Positions 24,655 through 27,524 of a stretch of 27,524 nucleotides of DNA are shown here, piece by piece. The position numbers and the translations under genes were made by a program. How positions within the stretch are numbered: position 1 is the first letter of the stretch; the number at the start of each line of letters is the position of its first letter. The notes beneath the pieces are model-generated. The model searched no databases. It was not told the DNA's origin and saw only the letters and a program-made list of their open reading frames with translations. This DNA comes from an uncultured Gammaproteobacteria bacterium (lineage in GTDB: Bacteria; Patescibacteriota; Patescibacteriia; 2-12-FULL-60-25): contig CAYHYU010000002.1 of NCBI GenBank assembly GCA_964360885.1, positions 1 to 27,524 of the forward strand. The letters run 5' to 3'.

Positions 24655-26249
24655 TTACTCGGCGCCCTTGTTTATCGGTCGAATCTTGAACAAATGCAGC
24701 TGAAAGCGCTCCAGCTGAAAATCAGGGCTCTTGCCGACAAAATAAAAAGCCTGAGACACCTCTTCCTCCATCAGAAATGGGGGGAGGTAAGAATAATATG
24801 GCAAGGTCTTTTTTTCCAGAACCTGCATCTGTCCACTACTCAAATTTTTCTCCGAGAATGCAAAATCCGGCAATACCGAATGCCTCATGATGCTCATTCC
24901 ACTTTTTTCGCCATACGGGCCTATGAGTATGTAGAAAATTTCCTGCGAAGGAACAATATTCTGTACCCCATCTACGATGGATACACGGTCTTCTCCCAAC
25001 CATTTACTGATAAAAGGACTATGTGGGTCGTCTCGTAAGAGATACACCGGAGTATGTACACCGACCAGTGCGTGCAACTCTTTATAGCTCTCTACCTTCG
25101 ATTGGATCATGAGCTTTGTCCAATTCAATTGCCCAAAGGCAAAAATAGCAAAAAGAAGACAGAGAACAAATGAGCATTGCCGCGATTTGACTACGTATGT
25201 GCGGAAAAACTCACTCGCGAGAAGAGCAAAGACGAGTACCGTGATGGGATAAATGGGAAATTGCGACCGACCCAGCTTGGTAAACGGCAGAAGATCGATA
25301 AGCATTGAATGAAGAAAAATCACTCCCAAACAAAGCAGTATTATCCGAGATGAAAACGATCGCTCTTTATGAATAAAATACCGGTACAAAAACCAAATAA
25401 TGATTGCAAGAAAAACGATCACGAATAACGGTGAATACATCCACAAGATACGGAGATAACTGAACCACGGACTGCTTGGGATCTGCCCAAATTTCTGAAT
25501 GGCCTCGAACTTATGCCCATTATAAATATTCGGTAGCCAGTGTTCGAATAATCGTCGTCCGTTTATTAAGAGAAAAGGCAGAATTGTCATTCCGAATGTT
25601 CCCGGAAATACGAAACTCATTGAGATCGGACGTCTTATCAGGGCAAATGGTGCTAACGCGGCGATGCTGAGCAGGGCCGCTGACGTGCTCGCAAATAACA
25701 AAGAGGCGACCCCCCCCCAATCATTAAATAGATTGTCTTTTTATATTCCGACTCCTCACGGATCGCCAAAACAAAACAGGCGAGCAAGCAAAGCGTGAGA
25801 AAACCGGTCCATGGCGCATAAGAGGCCATAAGAAGATACGATGCGGGCCAAGCAGAAAAGGCGAACATACCCAACGCCATCGCAGCGGCAGATGCGCTCC
25901 GTGAAATCACATAGGCGAGATAACTCAATATCAGAAGCGTCAAAACATTGGAAACAATAACAAGCACAAGCCACCCGTTGACATCTGAAAGATGCAAAAT
26001 GCGAACCAGTTGCTTCGATGCTTCCATGGTCATAACGCTCACGCCGTTGTAAGACGTTAAAGCCTTGTACCAGGATACGTTTTCAATTCGCGCATCATCT
26101 GAGGGAAACAATCGATATGGTGAGGAGATGAAAATAAAAACTACGGCATAGACAGCTACAAAGACAGCAGTGAGGATAATGATCCCATTTTTGCTTCGAC
26201 AAAAGACGAAAATCGAGGCAAGATATTTCTGGAGTTCTTCCTTCAACAT
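24655..26249 (-). pseudogene. Polytopic GT-C-like membrane protein (about 531-540 aa if restored), split by a frameshift at a G9 tract; pseudogene or phase-OFF allele
   Basis: The upstream frame (MLKEELQKY...PSDDARI...IYLMIGGG) and downstream frame (VASLLFASTSAALL...KGAE*) join at 25710-25718. G10 or G7 gives one continuous ORF. Start is 26249 or 26276. GC is about 35-42%. Confidence 0.8.
25710..25718 (-). repeat. G9 homopolymer (C9 on the plus strand) at the frameshift junction
   Basis: Plus strand reads gcga ccccccccc aatcat. It is the longest G/C run noticed in the window. Confidence 0.9.
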
Positions 26250-26298
26250 ATCAATACCACGAAAGAATAATGGCATATCGAAATAAAAACAAGCTGTC

Positions 26299-26922
26299 TC
26301 ACGAGGAAGATTTTTGCGCGAGGAGATAATACCCCGAAACCTGTTTGCCAGAGCCGAGGCGCACTCCGTCAATCCAGCGACCGATGCGGCGCAGGAATTT
26401 TTGGCGACCGGGGACGAGATGCGCGAGCGTCTCGACCGGTCCGCGGACCGCCGCGATTTTTACGCTCTCAAACTCCCCGCAGAGCGATCGGAGTCCGTCT
26501 TCGGTGAAACGAAAATAATCACCGTAGTATCCCTCAAGCGCGTGGTAGGGCGAAAGGAACGGAACGTAGAGAAAAAGACATCCTCCGGGTTTGAGCACGC
26601 GGTGCATTTCGCGCATCGCGTCCCACGGACGCGAAACATGTTCGAGCACCGCGAGGCAGATGATCGCGTCTTCGCTCGCGTCAGGAAGAGGCAACGACAT
26701 CACGTCGCCCACGATGTCCGGATGATACGTCGGCACGGGATCAAGCACGCGATACGTCACGCCTGCGAGAAGCGGTTTGATCCACGCGCGCGCGGGATCC
26801 TCGCGATTGCCGCGCGAAGCGTCAATGCGCAATCCAGCACCGATATCCAAAATCCGCGCGCCGGGTTGGAAAATCCGATGAACGCTCTCTTCAAAAAATT
26901 GTTCCCAAAACGGTTTCATCAT
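26299..26922 (-). CDS. Class I SAM-dependent methyltransferase (type 11)
   Basis: ILDIGAG, DIVGDVMSLPLPDASED, LAVLEHVSRP, RVLKPGG, VPFLSPYH...DYFRFT. ATGA overlap with the upstream GT4. Confidence 0.9.
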   Translation of the reverse strand: MMKPFWEQFFEESVHRIFQPGARILDIGAGLRIDASRGNREDPARAWIKPLLAGVTYRVLDPVPTYHPDIVGDVMSLPLPDASEDAIICLAVLEHVSRPWDAMREMHRVLKPGGCLFLYVPFLSPYHALEGYYGDYFRFTEDGLRSLCGEFESVKIAAVRGPVETLAHLVPGRQKFLRRIGRWIDGVRLGSGKQVSGYYLLAQKSSS

Positions 26923-27524
26923 AACACGGTTCGAAGGCGACCTATGAACGAATCAATATCCGCTGCTTTTTTCACCCCTTCGCGCGCGACGGGACGGGCC
27001 GCCGGATGACGGAGCGCGGCGAGCACTGCGTCAACGGCCGCGTCATCCGTGAGCGACGGCGCGAGCGTCACGCCGGAAAACCCGCGATACGACGACCCGA
27101 CTGCGACGACCGGCGTTTCGCAGGCGAGCGCTTCGAGAACGACTTTGTCCAAACTTCCGGTTCTGCTCGGGCTCGCGAAGATTGCGGAGCGCGAATAGAG
27201 CGCAACGAGCGCATCACCGAGAAGAGACGGCGACATCGTGACGATGTCCGCGAGTCCGAGCCGCGCAATCTCTTCCTTCACGCGCTGTGTATACGCGATA
27301 TCTTCCGGCAGTCGAGGGTCTCCGACGATCATGGCGCGAAATGCAAGCGACGATGCGCGACTTCTGATGAGATCGCAGAGCGCAATGAATGCGAGTTGGT
27401 CTTTTCGTTGTGAAATGCGACCGATCGTCAAGAGCAGTGGCTCGCGCGGAACAGAAGCCGGACAAAAACGTTCCAGATCAATGCCGTGTCCCATCACGAT
27501 CTTTTTCCGCGAAGGAATGCGCAT
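26919..27524 (-). CDS. GT4-family glycosyltransferase, C-terminal part (5' end outside the window)
   Basis: GHGIDLERF, IGRISQRKDQ, SPSRTGSLDKVVLEALACETPVV. The ATG at the window edge is probably internal. Confidence 0.88.
   Translation of the reverse strand: MRIPSRKKIVMGHGIDLERFCPASVPREPLLLTIGRISQRKDQLAFIALCDLIRSRASSLAFRAMIVGDPRLPEDIAYTQRVKEEIARLGLADIVTMSPSLLGDALVALYSRSAIFASPSRTGSLDKVVLEALACETPVVAVGSSYRGFSGVTLAPSLTDDAAVDAVLAALRHPAARPVAREGVKKAADIDSFIGRLRTVL

Noticed and set aside
24601-25038. 145-aa plus-strand ORF inside the AT-rich insert
   Set aside because: It is antisense to the C-terminal half of the membrane protein and has no motifs or plausible promoter.
114-27465. Many long overlapping or antisense ORFs in the track (e.g. 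2371-3555 +, 5434-6273 -, 19508-20551 +, 26314-27009 +)
   Set aside because: They are Arg-rich shadow frames of well-supported genes in GC/CG-rich DNA and carry no recognisable motifs.
1-27524. CRISPR arrays, tRNA/rRNA genes, IS elements, integrases, invertible-repeat switches
   Set aside because: No periodic repeats, RNA-gene signatures or recombinase/transposase ORFs were seen. The strand flips are not bounded by inverted repeats that I could detect by eye.

Overview
The whole window is one large surface-glycan (LPS/capsule/protein-glycan) biosynthesis and decoration locus with about 24 CDSs. It is cut at both ends, in neuC on the left and a GT4 glycosyltransferase on the right. Contents: (1) a nonulosonic (sialic-type) acid block, neuA - class III aminotransferase - Gfo/Idh/MocA oxidoreductase - neuB - neuC, with an upstream methyltransferase; (2) a Wzx flippase and a KpsS/Capsule_synth-like candidate ulosonate transferase; (3) a lower-GC four-gene cassette (C-terminally short UDP-sugar dehydrogenase, SDR epimerase/dehydratase, sugar C-methyltransferase, cupin) that could make a branched-chain sugar; (4) eight SAM-dependent methyltransferases in total and an AsnB-type amidotransferase; (5) two GT4s, a polyprenyl-phosphate GT2 and three polytopic GT-C-like membrane proteins. 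One of the membrane proteins sits on an AT-rich insert and is frameshifted exactly at a G9 tract, a candidate phase-variable switch. The tiny intergenic gaps contain sigma70-like -35/-10 pairs only 6-10 nt from the ATG, implying leaderless or near-leaderless mRNAs, and one divergent pair shares a single -35 box. Tight packing, scarce Shine-Dalgarno sites and the gene repertoire resemble Patescibacteria/CPR genomes, but that is inference only. No tRNA, rRNA, CRISPR array or transposase was seen. GC values quoted are hand counts of sampled 60-nt lines.
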